64,000 nucleotides of DNA, from assembly GCA_027314915.1 (NCBI GenBank), contig DAHUZZ010000006.1:23869-87868 (forward strand). The letters run 5' to 3'. The position numbers and the translations under genes are program-made. The notes beneath the pieces are model-generated. The model was given only the letters and a program-made list of their open reading frames with translations, ran no database searches and was not told the origin of the DNA. This DNA is from Thermoplasmata archaeon (lineage in GTDB: Archaea > Thermoplasmatota > Thermoplasmata > Lutacidiplasmatales > UBA184). How positions within the stretch are numbered: position 1 is the first letter of the stretch; each line of letters starts with the position of its first letter. Of this stretch, positions 45,543 through 53,290 are shown one piece after another.

Positions 45543-46340
45543 TCAGGCCAGGTCGGTGGGGCCCTGCCCGGGCTCCAGGTCCTCGCCGCCCCCGAAGTTC
45601 CTCTGGGCCGCACGGTAGAGGAGCTCGAGCCCCCGCCCGTCGGTCCCCGAGGTGGCGATGAGACCGGACATCGGCGCCATCGACTCGACGGCGCGGAGGA
45701 TCTCCGCCGAGAGCTGCACGTCCGGCGTCGGGGACTCGAGGTTGACGGCGTCCGAGAGCCGGCCCGGCTCGTCCCCCCAGGAGGCGATCTCGTCGATCTT
45801 CTCGGGCGGGAGGAGGTCGCACTTCGAGAGCACGTTCACGATCGGCAGCCGGAAGCGGAACTCCACGTTGGCCGCCAGGAGGAGGAGCGAGACGAACCCC
45901 GAGGCGCTCCGGGCGAGGCTCGGGTCGAAGAGGAAGGCGATCATCGAGCGGTCGCCGCTCAGCGCGTCGACGATCGCCTTCGACGACTCCCGGAAGGCGA
46001 ACAGCTCGACCTGCCCCGGCGTGTCCACGAGGATGTAGTCGGTGCGGAACTCCTCGATCGCCTGCCGGAGCTCGAAGACCTTGAGGGCGATCATGTCGGC
46101 CGCCGCGACCTGCGCCCCGTTCGGGCCGAGGCCGTACTCGGTCATCACCTGGCCCAGGCGGACCCAGTCGCGGATGTCGATGTCCGGCTCGAAGCCGGTG
46201 CTCTCGTTGCCGGGGTCCAGGTTCACGGTGATGGAGTCGTAGCCGGCCGTCTCGAGCCACCGGGCGAACCCCTGGACGAGCGTGGTCTTCCCCGCGCCGG
46301 CGGTGCCGGTGAAGTAGATGGCCGAGGGCTCCTCCGCCAT
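45543..46340 (-). CDS. GPN-loop GTPase
   Basis: GTAGAGKT, NLDPG, GLGPNGA (GPN), DTPGQVELF, NVLSK.D. Confidence 0.93.
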   Translation of the reverse strand: MAEEPSAIYFTGTAGAGKTTLVQGFARWLETAGYDSITVNLDPGNESTGFEPDIDIRDWVRLGQVMTEYGLGPNGAQVAAADMIALKVFELRQAIEEFRTDYILVDTPGQVELFAFRESSKAIVDALSGDRSMIAFLFDPSLARSASGFVSLLLLAANVEFRFRLPIVNVLSKCDLLPPEKIDEIASWGDEPGRLSDAVNLESPTPDVQLSAEILRAVESMAPMSGLIATSGTDGRGLELLYRAAQRNFGGGEDLEPGQGPTDLA

Positions 46341-46347
46341 CTTCCCC

Positions 46348-46644
46348 CTAGGCCCGGGCCGCGGCCGCGAGCGACCGGAGCTGCTCGGCGATCTGGCGGA
46401 GGACCCGGGCCTTCGAGCCCTCGCCCTTCTTCGTGATCTTCACGCGCCCCTCGAACCGGTGCGCCTCCCGGGGGTAGAGCTTCCCGGGCTCCGCCTCGGC
46501 CACGTAACCGAGCCGACGGGCGGCCGCCACGATCTCCTCGGTGGTGACCTCGGCCGCGGCGACCGCAGTGGGCACCCTCCGTCCCGAGGCCCGGCTCCCC
46601 TTGGCCCGCAGGTAGGAGGGGTAGACGTAGAAGTGGTCGGGCAC
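46348..46644 (-). CDS. srp19: Signal recognition particle 19 kDa protein
   Basis: YVYPSYL...SRASGRRVP, KLYPR, GRV.I, K..L..IA. Adjacent to rps8e. Confidence 0.88.
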   Translation of the reverse strand: MPDHFYVYPSYLRAKGSRASGRRVPTAVAAAEVTTEEIVAAARRLGYVAEAEPGKLYPREAHRFEGRVKITKKGEGSKARVLRQIAEQLRSLAAAARA

Positions 46645-46661
46645 GGGGAACTCCCGTGGCC

Positions 46662-47057
46662 CTACGCGGTCCCGCGCGCGGCGACCCGGACCCCGTTGAG
46701 GACGCCGTCCTGGCCGGGCCGGGAGCGGATCTGGACGAGCCCGAGCTCCGTCTCGACGATCGCGCCGCGGGTGATGATGTTCCGCTGGACGTAGTTCGGG
46801 TTCGCGGGGTTCTCGCGGACCGTGAGCAGCTTCACGACCTTCATCTGCCGGGTCGCCGGGTCGTAGACGTTCACGACGTTCGTCGTGAGGACCCGCAGCT
46901 TCCGGTTGTCCCCCTTGACCCGGTAGGTCTTGACCGTGCCCGGCCCGATGGTGGCGTGCTGGATCTCGCGCGCGATCTCGAAGCGGCGCTTCTTCCTCAG
47001 CGGGCGGAGCCGTCCGCCCGAAGGCTTCCTGCGCGAGCGTCCTTGCCAGATGCCCAT
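46662..47057 (-). CDS. rps8e: 30S ribosomal protein eS8
   Basis: MGIWQGRSRRKPSGG, VKGDNRKLR, NPANPNYVQRNIITRG, SRPGQDG. Confidence 0.96.
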   Translation of the reverse strand: MGIWQGRSRRKPSGGRLRPLRKKRRFEIAREIQHATIGPGTVKTYRVKGDNRKLRVLTTNVVNVYDPATRQMKVVKLLTVRENPANPNYVQRNIITRGAIVETELGLVQIRSRPGQDGVLNGVRVAARGTA

Positions 47058-47092
47058 CGTTCCTCGGCGAACCGCGGCCAGCCCAGGGTCGC

Positions 47093-47098
47093 TATAAG
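47093..47098 (-). promoter_or_regulatory. TATA box (CTTATA) for rps8e-srp19-GPN GTPase
   Basis: About 36 nt upstream of the rps8e ATG. Confidence 0.55.
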
Positions 47099-47122
47099 AC
47101 GTTTGGCGCGGGGCGCCGCGGC

Positions 47123-48217
47123 TCACCCCCCCGGCGGGAAGGTGAGGACGTGCTTGATCGAGGAGCCCTTCTGCTCGAGGACCGGGCCGTACCCGTCGAG
47201 CGGCGTCCGGTCGAAGATGAGCCGGTCGAACTCGGGGCCCCACCGGTCGGCGTGCTGGACCAGATGGTCCCGCCCGAGCTCGAAGTAGGACCGGTTCGCG
47301 TTGACCGATCCCACCACGGCCTGGTTCTCGAGGACCAGGTCGCGGAGGAGCCGGCCGGCCGGGACCGTGATGGGCGGGGCATCCGCCGCCGGGATCCCCG
47401 TGAGGACCAGGACCCCGTTGGGCCGGAGGTAGTCCACGAGGTGGAGCTCGAGGTCCGCCACCCCCGTCGCATCGACGATCAGGTCGAACCGGGCGTCGCC
47501 GAGGAGGGCGATCCCGCCCCGGATGTTGACGTGCGCGACCCCCTGGCCCGCGAGGAGCCGGGCCGCCGGGGTCGTGTCGTCGTGGAGGTCGACGGCGGTC
47601 ACCGTGAAGCCGTCGGCGGCCAGGAGGAGGCTCGCGAGGATCCCGATCGCCCCCGTGCCGGTGACGAGCGCGCGGTACGGCCGGCCCAGCGGGTAGCCCG
47701 GGGTGGGCTCGAACCTTGTGAGGATCGACCGCCCCTCCGCGAGCGCCTTCTCCACGACGCTCATCGGCTCGAGGAGGACGGCCCGGCTCCGGAGCCCGCC
47801 CGGGACCTTGACCAGGTACTCCGGCCGCTCGGTGTACACCTCGCAGAAGTAGCCGTCGCGCCCGTTGATGCCCCGCTCGGTGAAGAGCCCGCTCTCGCAG
47901 AAGTCCGACCGGTTCGTGAAGCAGAACCGGCACTGCCCGCAGCCCCGCCGCACCGTCGCGACGACCAGGTCGCCGGGATCGAACCCGGGCGTCTCCGGCC
48001 CCGACTCGACGACCACCCCGAGGTTCTCGTGCCCCAGGATGAGGGCGTCGTGACCGGCCGGGGACCGGCCGTACTTCCCGAGGACGATGTCGCGGTCGGT
48101 GCCGCAGACCCCGCATTCCACGATGCGGACCTTCACCTCCCCCGGACCCCGCACGGGCTCGGGAAGGTCGGCGAGGCGGATCCCCGGCGCCGGGGGGTTC
48201 ACGACGAGCGCGCGCAT
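47123..48217 (-). CDS. gdh: Glucose 1-dehydrogenase (archaeal, Zn-dependent MDR family)
   Basis: GVCGTD, LILGHENLG, VRRGC..C..C...C, LLEP.SVVEK, GTGAIG, GSVNA. Confidence 0.88.
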   Translation of the reverse strand: MRALVVNPPAPGIRLADLPEPVRGPGEVKVRIVECGVCGTDRDIVLGKYGRSPAGHDALILGHENLGVVVESGPETPGFDPGDLVVATVRRGCGQCRFCFTNRSDFCESGLFTERGINGRDGYFCEVYTERPEYLVKVPGGLRSRAVLLEPMSVVEKALAEGRSILTRFEPTPGYPLGRPYRALVTGTGAIGILASLLLAADGFTVTAVDLHDDTTPAARLLAGQGVAHVNIRGGIALLGDARFDLIVDATGVADLELHLVDYLRPNGVLVLTGIPAADAPPITVPAGRLLRDLVLENQAVVGSVNANRSYFELGRDHLVQHADRWGPEFDRLIFDRTPLDGYGPVLEQKGSSIKHVLTFPPGG

Positions 48218-48220
48218 GGG

Positions 48221-49114
48221 CTAGAGGTAGCTCCGGAACTCGCGTTCGTCCGGGGCCAGCGCGGCGAGGACCCGCTGCTCCTCCTCCGACGTGAGCGGGT
48301 CGTAGGGGCTCCGGTACCCGACCTCCGCGCCCCGGAGATGCGCGGCGAGGAACTTGTCCGCGGAGGGGAAGGGTCCGGCGGCGGCGACCCGGGCGAGCCG
48401 GTCGACGGTGGCCTGGAGCGAACGGGCCGCCGGCTCGTCCCGGGCGGTCGCCGCGGCCACCAGCTTGACGCACAGCTTGGGCAGGAGGTTCGCCATCCCC
48501 ATGACCGCGCCCGCCGCTCCGGCGGCGATCGCGCGGCTCGCGAAGATGTCGTCGCCGGGCAGCACCGCGAACCCCGGACCGCCGGCCGCGAGGAAGCCCT
48601 CCAGGCTCGGGAAGCTCTCGCTGGTGTCCTTGAGGCCCTGGAGGGTGCCGGCGCGGGCGAGCCGGCCGACGAGCGGCGCCGGGAGCGCGTACCCGACGTG
48701 GCCGGGGATGTTGTAGGCCAGGACCGGCAGCCGGACCGCCGCCCGGATCGCGCGGTAGTACCTCTCGATGGCGGCCTCGGTGGGCCGGAGGAAGAAGGGC
48801 GGGACCGCCACGATCGCCGCGGCGCCCGCCTCCTCGGCCTGCTCGGCACGCTCGACGGCGACGGCGGTCGAGCCGGCCCCGCAGCCGATCCAGGCGTCGG
48901 CGCGGCCGGTCAGGCTCTCGATGACCGACTCGACGAGCGCCTTCCGCTCCGACTCCCGGATCGAGGTGAACTCCCCGAGCGTGCCGAGGGCGAAGATGTG
49001 GTCCACCCCGGCGTCGCAGAGGACCCGGGTGTACCGGGCGTTCTTGCCGGCGTGGAGGCTGCCGTCGTCCGCGAAGATGGTGGGTGTGGGTACGACGAGG
49101 CCCCCGAGCGACAT
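48221..49114 (-). CDS. DapA/NanA-family aldolase, probable 2-keto-3-deoxygluconate aldolase
   Basis: LGTLGE, YNIP (catalytic Tyr), GLKDT (Schiff-base Lys). Co-operonic with gdh. Start at the ATG at 49114. Confidence 0.75.
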   Translation of the reverse strand: MSLGGLVVPTPTIFADDGSLHAGKNARYTRVLCDAGVDHIFALGTLGEFTSIRESERKALVESVIESLTGRADAWIGCGAGSTAVAVERAEQAEEAGAAAIVAVPPFFLRPTEAAIERYYRAIRAAVRLPVLAYNIPGHVGYALPAPLVGRLARAGTLQGLKDTSESFPSLEGFLAAGGPGFAVLPGDDIFASRAIAAGAAGAVMGMANLLPKLCVKLVAAATARDEPAARSLQATVDRLARVAAAGPFPSADKFLAAHLRGAEVGYRSPYDPLTSEEEQRVLAALAPDEREFRSYL

Positions 49115-49166
49115 GGGACCCGCAGCCGAGACGTGTTTATCATGTTGAACCCCTCCGCCGCACCGG

Positions 49167-49871
49167 ATGGGAGCGGCCGGTCTCGCCGCCCGGGGAGCGC
49201 GCCCCGTCGCCGAGGGGACGCTCCTCGGCATCGACGAGGCGGGGCGCGGGAGCGTCCTCGGCCCCCTCGTCGTGGGCGGCTTCCTCGTCCGATCCGAGCA
49301 CCTCGATCGCGTGGCGGCGGCCGGCGCCTGCGACTCGAAGCTCGTCGGCGCCGAGGAACGGGGCCGGATCTACCGGCGGCTCGCCCACCTGGGGCGCCGC
49401 TTCTCGGTGGTGCTCTCCCCCTCCGAGGTGGATTCCGCGGTGCGGCGGGGGGAGCTCAACCTCCTCGAGGCGCGCGCGTTCGGCCGGATCGTCCGGGAGG
49501 CCCGGCCGGCGGAGGCGTACGTCGACGCGTGCGACCCGGTCGCCGAGCGGTTCGGACGCACGGTGGCCGCCTTCGCAGGGACCCGGAGCCGCATCGTCGC
49601 CCGGCACCACGCCGACCGGGACCACGTGCTCGTCGGGGCGGCCTCCATCGTCGCCAAGGTCCTCCGGGACCGCGCCGTGGCACGGCTCCGCCGTACCCTC
49701 GGCGCGGAGTTCGGCTCGGGCTATCCGTCGGACCCGCGGACCATCGCCTACCTGCGCTCGGCGCTCCGCGCCCCCGCCGAGGAGCTCCCGTGGGTGCGGC
49801 ACTCCTGGTCCACCGCGGCAAGACTTAAGCCCCCGACCACGGTCGCAACCCTCGACCGGTTCACGCCATGA
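49167..49871 (+). CDS. rnhB: Ribonuclease HII
   Basis: GIDEAGRG..LGPLV, DSK, YVDA, HHAD, AASIVAK, GSGYPSD, RHSW. Confidence 0.95.
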   Translation: MGAAGLAARGARPVAEGTLLGIDEAGRGSVLGPLVVGGFLVRSEHLDRVAAAGACDSKLVGAEERGRIYRRLAHLGRRFSVVLSPSEVDSAVRRGELNLLEARAFGRIVREARPAEAYVDACDPVAERFGRTVAAFAGTRSRIVARHHADRDHVLVGAASIVAKVLRDRAVARLRRTLGAEFGSGYPSDPRTIAYLRSALRAPAEELPWVRHSWSTAARLKPPTTVATLDRFTP

Positions 49872-50206
49872 TGGTGATCGAGGAGACCCTGGCCGGGCTC
49901 GTCGACCGGTTCAACCGCCATGCCGCGAAGAACCCCGGCGTGAGGTCGGAGCTGAAGGGGCTCGAGCGGACCATCGCGATCCACCTCACCGACGAGGGTC
50001 AGTACGCGGTCGACCTCCGCGGCGGCGAGCTCACGCACCTTAGGACCGGCCCGGTCGACCACGCCGACGTCACCATCACGTGCGACCGGGCGACCTTCCT
50101 CGGGCTCATCACGAAGGAGATCGGGCCGATGAAGGCGCTCGTGACGCACCGGCTCCGGATCGACGGCACGCTCGAGGACAAGCTCCTGTTCCGGAAGCTG
50201 CTCTGA
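49868..50206 (+). CDS. SCP2 sterol/lipid-binding domain protein
   Basis: ADVTIT.D..TF.GL..KEIGPMKAL....LRIDG pattern. ATGA overlap with rnhB. Confidence 0.8.
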   Translation: MMVIEETLAGLVDRFNRHAAKNPGVRSELKGLERTIAIHLTDEGQYAVDLRGGELTHLRTGPVDHADVTITCDRATFLGLITKEIGPMKALVTHRLRIDGTLEDKLLFRKLL

Positions 50207-50218
50207 GCCGGCCCGGCC

Positions 50219-50722
50219 TCAGGGCAGGAAGACGCAGGCGGCGATGCAGACCCCGTAGTGGTCCATCGGGATCACGAGCTCCTCGGTCCGGTAGTGGATC
50301 CTCCGCAGCTCGACGCCGCGGAAGTGCGCGATCTCCTCCATCCGCCACTTGAGGAACTCCTTGAGCGACTTCTGCGTCCCGTGGATGTGCGCCTCGGCGA
50401 CGTACCCGCCCTGGCCGTCGGACCGGAAGCCGTAGGCGATGCCCGCGCTGACGACCTCGCCCTCGCCCCCGCCGTGGCGGGCGAGCACGCAGTGGGTGAG
50501 CGCCCCGCGCCGCAGCGGCTGGCGGTCCACCTGGCGGATGCCGATGGGCAGCACCGAGGAGACCGAGATCAGGTTCTGGTCCCCGATCCGGGCCTGGAGG
50601 AGCGCGAGGTCGAAGGCGTTGAGCTCGCTGGTCTTGTTGATCCCCTTGCCGCTCGTGATGAAGAACCGGGTCGGCACGGGCACGAGGGTATCGTTCGGTT
50701 CGGACGACCGGCTGCGGGGCAC
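50219..50722 (-). CDS. pdaD: Pyruvoyl-dependent arginine decarboxylase
   Basis: NAFDLAL..A.IGDQNLISVSSVLP (Ser-Ser cleavage site), GGYVAE. Confidence 0.88.
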   Translation of the reverse strand: MPRSRSSEPNDTLVPVPTRFFITSGKGINKTSELNAFDLALLQARIGDQNLISVSSVLPIGIRQVDRQPLRRGALTHCVLARHGGGEGEVVSAGIAYGFRSDGQGGYVAEAHIHGTQKSLKEFLKWRMEEIAHFRGVELRRIHYRTEELVIPMDHYGVCIAACVFLP

Positions 50723-50794
50723 AAGGCGCGGGAGTCGCGCCGCGAAATAAAGGTGGTGCCGGCGCGGAGGTCGGCGGGGCCCGCCGGGCCGCCC

Positions 50795-51367
50795 TCAGAC
50801 CATGATCGCGTGGCGCTGCCGCATCGACTCCTCGGTCTCGCCCCGGGCGCGCATGAGCTCGGCCACCACGGCGTCGGTGAAGGCGAGCGCGGCCGCCTCG
50901 AAGAGGGTGCCCAGCGGCGCGAGCCGGGGCCGCTCGGACTCCTCGGTGAACCGGAACGGCACGAGGACCGAGGCCGCGTGGGCGATCTTCGAGCCGGGCC
51001 GGGCCGTGAGCACGATGAGGTCGGCGCCCTCGCGCCGGACGATGTTCGCGGTCTGGATCGACGAGTAGCTCTCGCCCGCGCCCGAGAGGATCACCACCAG
51101 GTCGCCCCGGCGGACGATGGGGGTCACCGACTCGCCGATGACGTAGGCGGTGAGCCCGACCTGGGTGAGCCGCATCGCGAAGGCCCGGCCGAAGATCCCG
51201 CTCCGCCCCGCGCCGTAGGCGAAGGTGGCCGGGGCCCGGACCAGGAGCTCGACCACCCGGCCCACGACCGCGCGCGGGATCTCCGCGAGGGAGGCCGCGA
51301 CCTGCCGGGCCACGTAGGCGTGGGCCCGCGCGTAGGTCTCCGCGTCAGTGCCCGTGCTCGGTTCCAT
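50795..51367 (-). CDS. hxlB: 6-phospho-3-hexuloisomerase (SIS domain)
   Basis: GAGRSG, FAMRL, GESVTP, SGAGE, LAPLGTLFE, MRQRHA. Confidence 0.88.
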   Translation of the reverse strand: MEPSTGTDAETYARAHAYVARQVAASLAEIPRAVVGRVVELLVRAPATFAYGAGRSGIFGRAFAMRLTQVGLTAYVIGESVTPIVRRGDLVVILSGAGESYSSIQTANIVRREGADLIVLTARPGSKIAHAASVLVPFRFTEESERPRLAPLGTLFEAAALAFTDAVVAELMRARGETEESMRQRHAIMV

Positions 51368-52532
51368 GCGACCTCGCCCGGGCCACCGCGGACGGCGTGC
51401 GCGCGACGACGGGCCGGCGCGGCGGGGCCACGGGGCGCTTCGGGACGGCCGGTCGCGCGGGGGCGTGCGGGGGCACGCGGCCCTTGCCCGGGGCCGGGGC
51501 CGCCGCGGGCTTCGCCGGCTGGTGGCGCTTCGCCCACCTCCGGCTGAGCGCCCGCTCGTAGAGGAGCTTCATGTACATCGCGTCGTGCTCGAGGAGCGGC
51601 GAGCTCGAGATCACCGAGACATCGTACTCCCGCTCGCTCAGCACCTCGGCGAGCGGGTCGAACTTGAGCTGCCCGCGCTTGATCGGCGTGAGCCGGAACT
51701 CGCCCGGCCCGTAGAGCTCCACGCCGGAGAAGTTGAGGTAGAGGTTGCCGTGGCTCGCCGCCACGAACTCCTCGATGAGGGGGCGGATCTGGTCGGCGGT
51801 CTCGAGCGGGATCCGCTCCCGCGCCGCGACGTGGGGCAGGTTCAGCACGGGCACGATGCCCTTGATCTGGTGGGCGAGCTCGAGGATCTCCTCCCGGCTC
51901 CCGAAGACGTCGGGGTGGCCGCTCGGCTCGATGGCGAGCCGCACCTCCCCGTGGGTGTACTCGTGCAGCCACTTCGAGACGTCGCGGGCGATCTGGGTGA
52001 GCTCCTGGATCGAGTCCTCCCGGACGCCCGGGCCGTAGAACCCCAGGTGGGAGACGGTGAGCCGGGCGCCGAGCCCGTCCGCGAGCACGCCGGCCCAGAG
52101 GATCTGGCGCAGGCTCCGCTCCCGCGCCTCCTGGCTCCCGAAGAAGTCCACGTAGTACGGTGCGTGGAGCGTGAGATCGACGTCGAGGGCGCGCGCCAGC
52201 GCCCGCGTCTGGGCGAGGTCCGGGTGGTCCTTCGCGAGCGACCAGGTGAGCGCGGTGAGCGACGCCCGCCGCTTGAGCGGCGACTCGAGCTCGGGGATCG
52301 TCGGGGCGATCGACTCCTTCCCGACCGGGCTCACCTCGACGACGAGCGTCTGGACGAGCTCCTTGGGGAGCTTGCCCACCTCCTCGTCGAGGACCGGGCG
52401 CAAGAGCGGGTTCACCTTGATGAACTGGACCTCGAGCGCGGCGAGGCCGAGATGGTGGGCATCCGCGATCCCGTCCCGGAGGGTCCGGCCCTTGCACGAT
52501 AACGGAATCCCGGCCGGTCCGAACCGAATCAC
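51345..52532 (-). CDS. Endonuclease IV / AP_endonuc_2 TIM-barrel protein with several metal ligands substituted
   Basis: IRFGPAGIP, LTLHAPYY, SHLG, IEPSG, FGS.EE, SPLLEHDA. GTG start at 52532. Confidence 0.75.
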   Translation of the reverse strand: MIRFGPAGIPLSCKGRTLRDGIADAHHLGLAALEVQFIKVNPLLRPVLDEEVGKLPKELVQTLVVEVSPVGKESIAPTIPELESPLKRRASLTALTWSLAKDHPDLAQTRALARALDVDLTLHAPYYVDFFGSQEARERSLRQILWAGVLADGLGARLTVSHLGFYGPGVREDSIQELTQIARDVSKWLHEYTHGEVRLAIEPSGHPDVFGSREEILELAHQIKGIVPVLNLPHVAARERIPLETADQIRPLIEEFVAASHGNLYLNFSGVELYGPGEFRLTPIKRGQLKFDPLAEVLSEREYDVSVISSSPLLEHDAMYMKLLYERALSRRWAKRHQPAKPAAAPAPGKGRVPPHAPARPAVPKRPVAPPRRPVVARTPSAVARARSHGTEHGH

Positions 52533-52574
52533 AAAACCGACCCTCAGGAGCGGTGGACGGGGGGTATCTCGCGG

Positions 52575-52585
52575 GTCTATATATG
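52575..52585 (-). promoter_or_regulatory. TATA element (TATATA) upstream of the EndoIV-like gene
   Basis: TCTATATATGG about 45 nt upstream of the GTG, overlapping the rlmE stop codon. Confidence 0.5.
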
Positions 52586-53254
52586 GGGGGAGGACGCCCC
52601 CGCGTCGCCGGCCCCGGTCCCGGCACGCGGCCGTCGCCGGTCGGCGCGGGCCGTCCCGGGCCCGCGCGCGAAGTCCAGCGCGACGAGGTAGAGCTCGGAG
52701 GAGCCCTCGCGCGAGGCCCGGGGCTTGCTGCGGTGGACCTCCCCGAAGTCGCGCCGGAGCCGTGACTCGATCTCCGGCAGCAGGTCGCCCTCGAAGACCT
52801 TGGCCACGAACACGCCCCCCTCGGCGAGGACCTCCCGTGCGACGTCGAGCGCCCGGCCCACCAGCTCGACGCTCCGGGCGTGGTCGGTCGCGTAGGCCCC
52901 GCTGATCCGGGGCGACATGTCGGAGAGGATCACGTCGTACTCGCGCCCGGCGAGGAGCCGCGTGAGCCCGGGCTCGCCGACCCGGGCGTGGAGGACCTCC
53001 ACGTCGGGGACAGGCTCGATCCGGCGCGGGTCCACCGCGGTGAGGGCACCCTCGGGACCGACCCACTCGCGCGCGACGAGCGTCCATCCGCCCGGAGCGG
53101 CCCCCAGGTCGAGGACCCGGTCGCCCCGGCGGAAGATCGGGAACCGCTCGGCGAGCTGGCCGAGCTTGAAGGCGGCCCGCGACCTCAGCCCCTCCGACTG
53201 GGCCCGACGGTAGTACGGGTCCCTGCGCCGCTCGGCCTGGAACCTCCGGCCCAT
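52577..53254 (-). CDS. rlmE: 23S rRNA 2'-O-methyltransferase RlmE/FtsJ
   Basis: DPYYRRA...LRSRAAFKL, LDLGAAPGGW, LSDMSP, FVAK, ASR..SSELY (K-D-K-E tetrad). Confidence 0.93.
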   Translation of the reverse strand: MGRRFQAERRRDPYYRRAQSEGLRSRAAFKLGQLAERFPIFRRGDRVLDLGAAPGGWTLVAREWVGPEGALTAVDPRRIEPVPDVEVLHARVGEPGLTRLLAGREYDVILSDMSPRISGAYATDHARSVELVGRALDVAREVLAEGGVFVAKVFEGDLLPEIESRLRRDFGEVHRSKPRASREGSSELYLVALDFARGPGTARADRRRPRAGTGAGDAGASSPHI

Positions 53255-53290
53255 CGTTCGGCCGACACGGGCGAGGGGCTTAACGGCGAG

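Noticed and set aside
47150-49828. 892-aa plus-strand ORF
   Set aside because: Antisense shadow of gdh and the aldolase, with no motifs.
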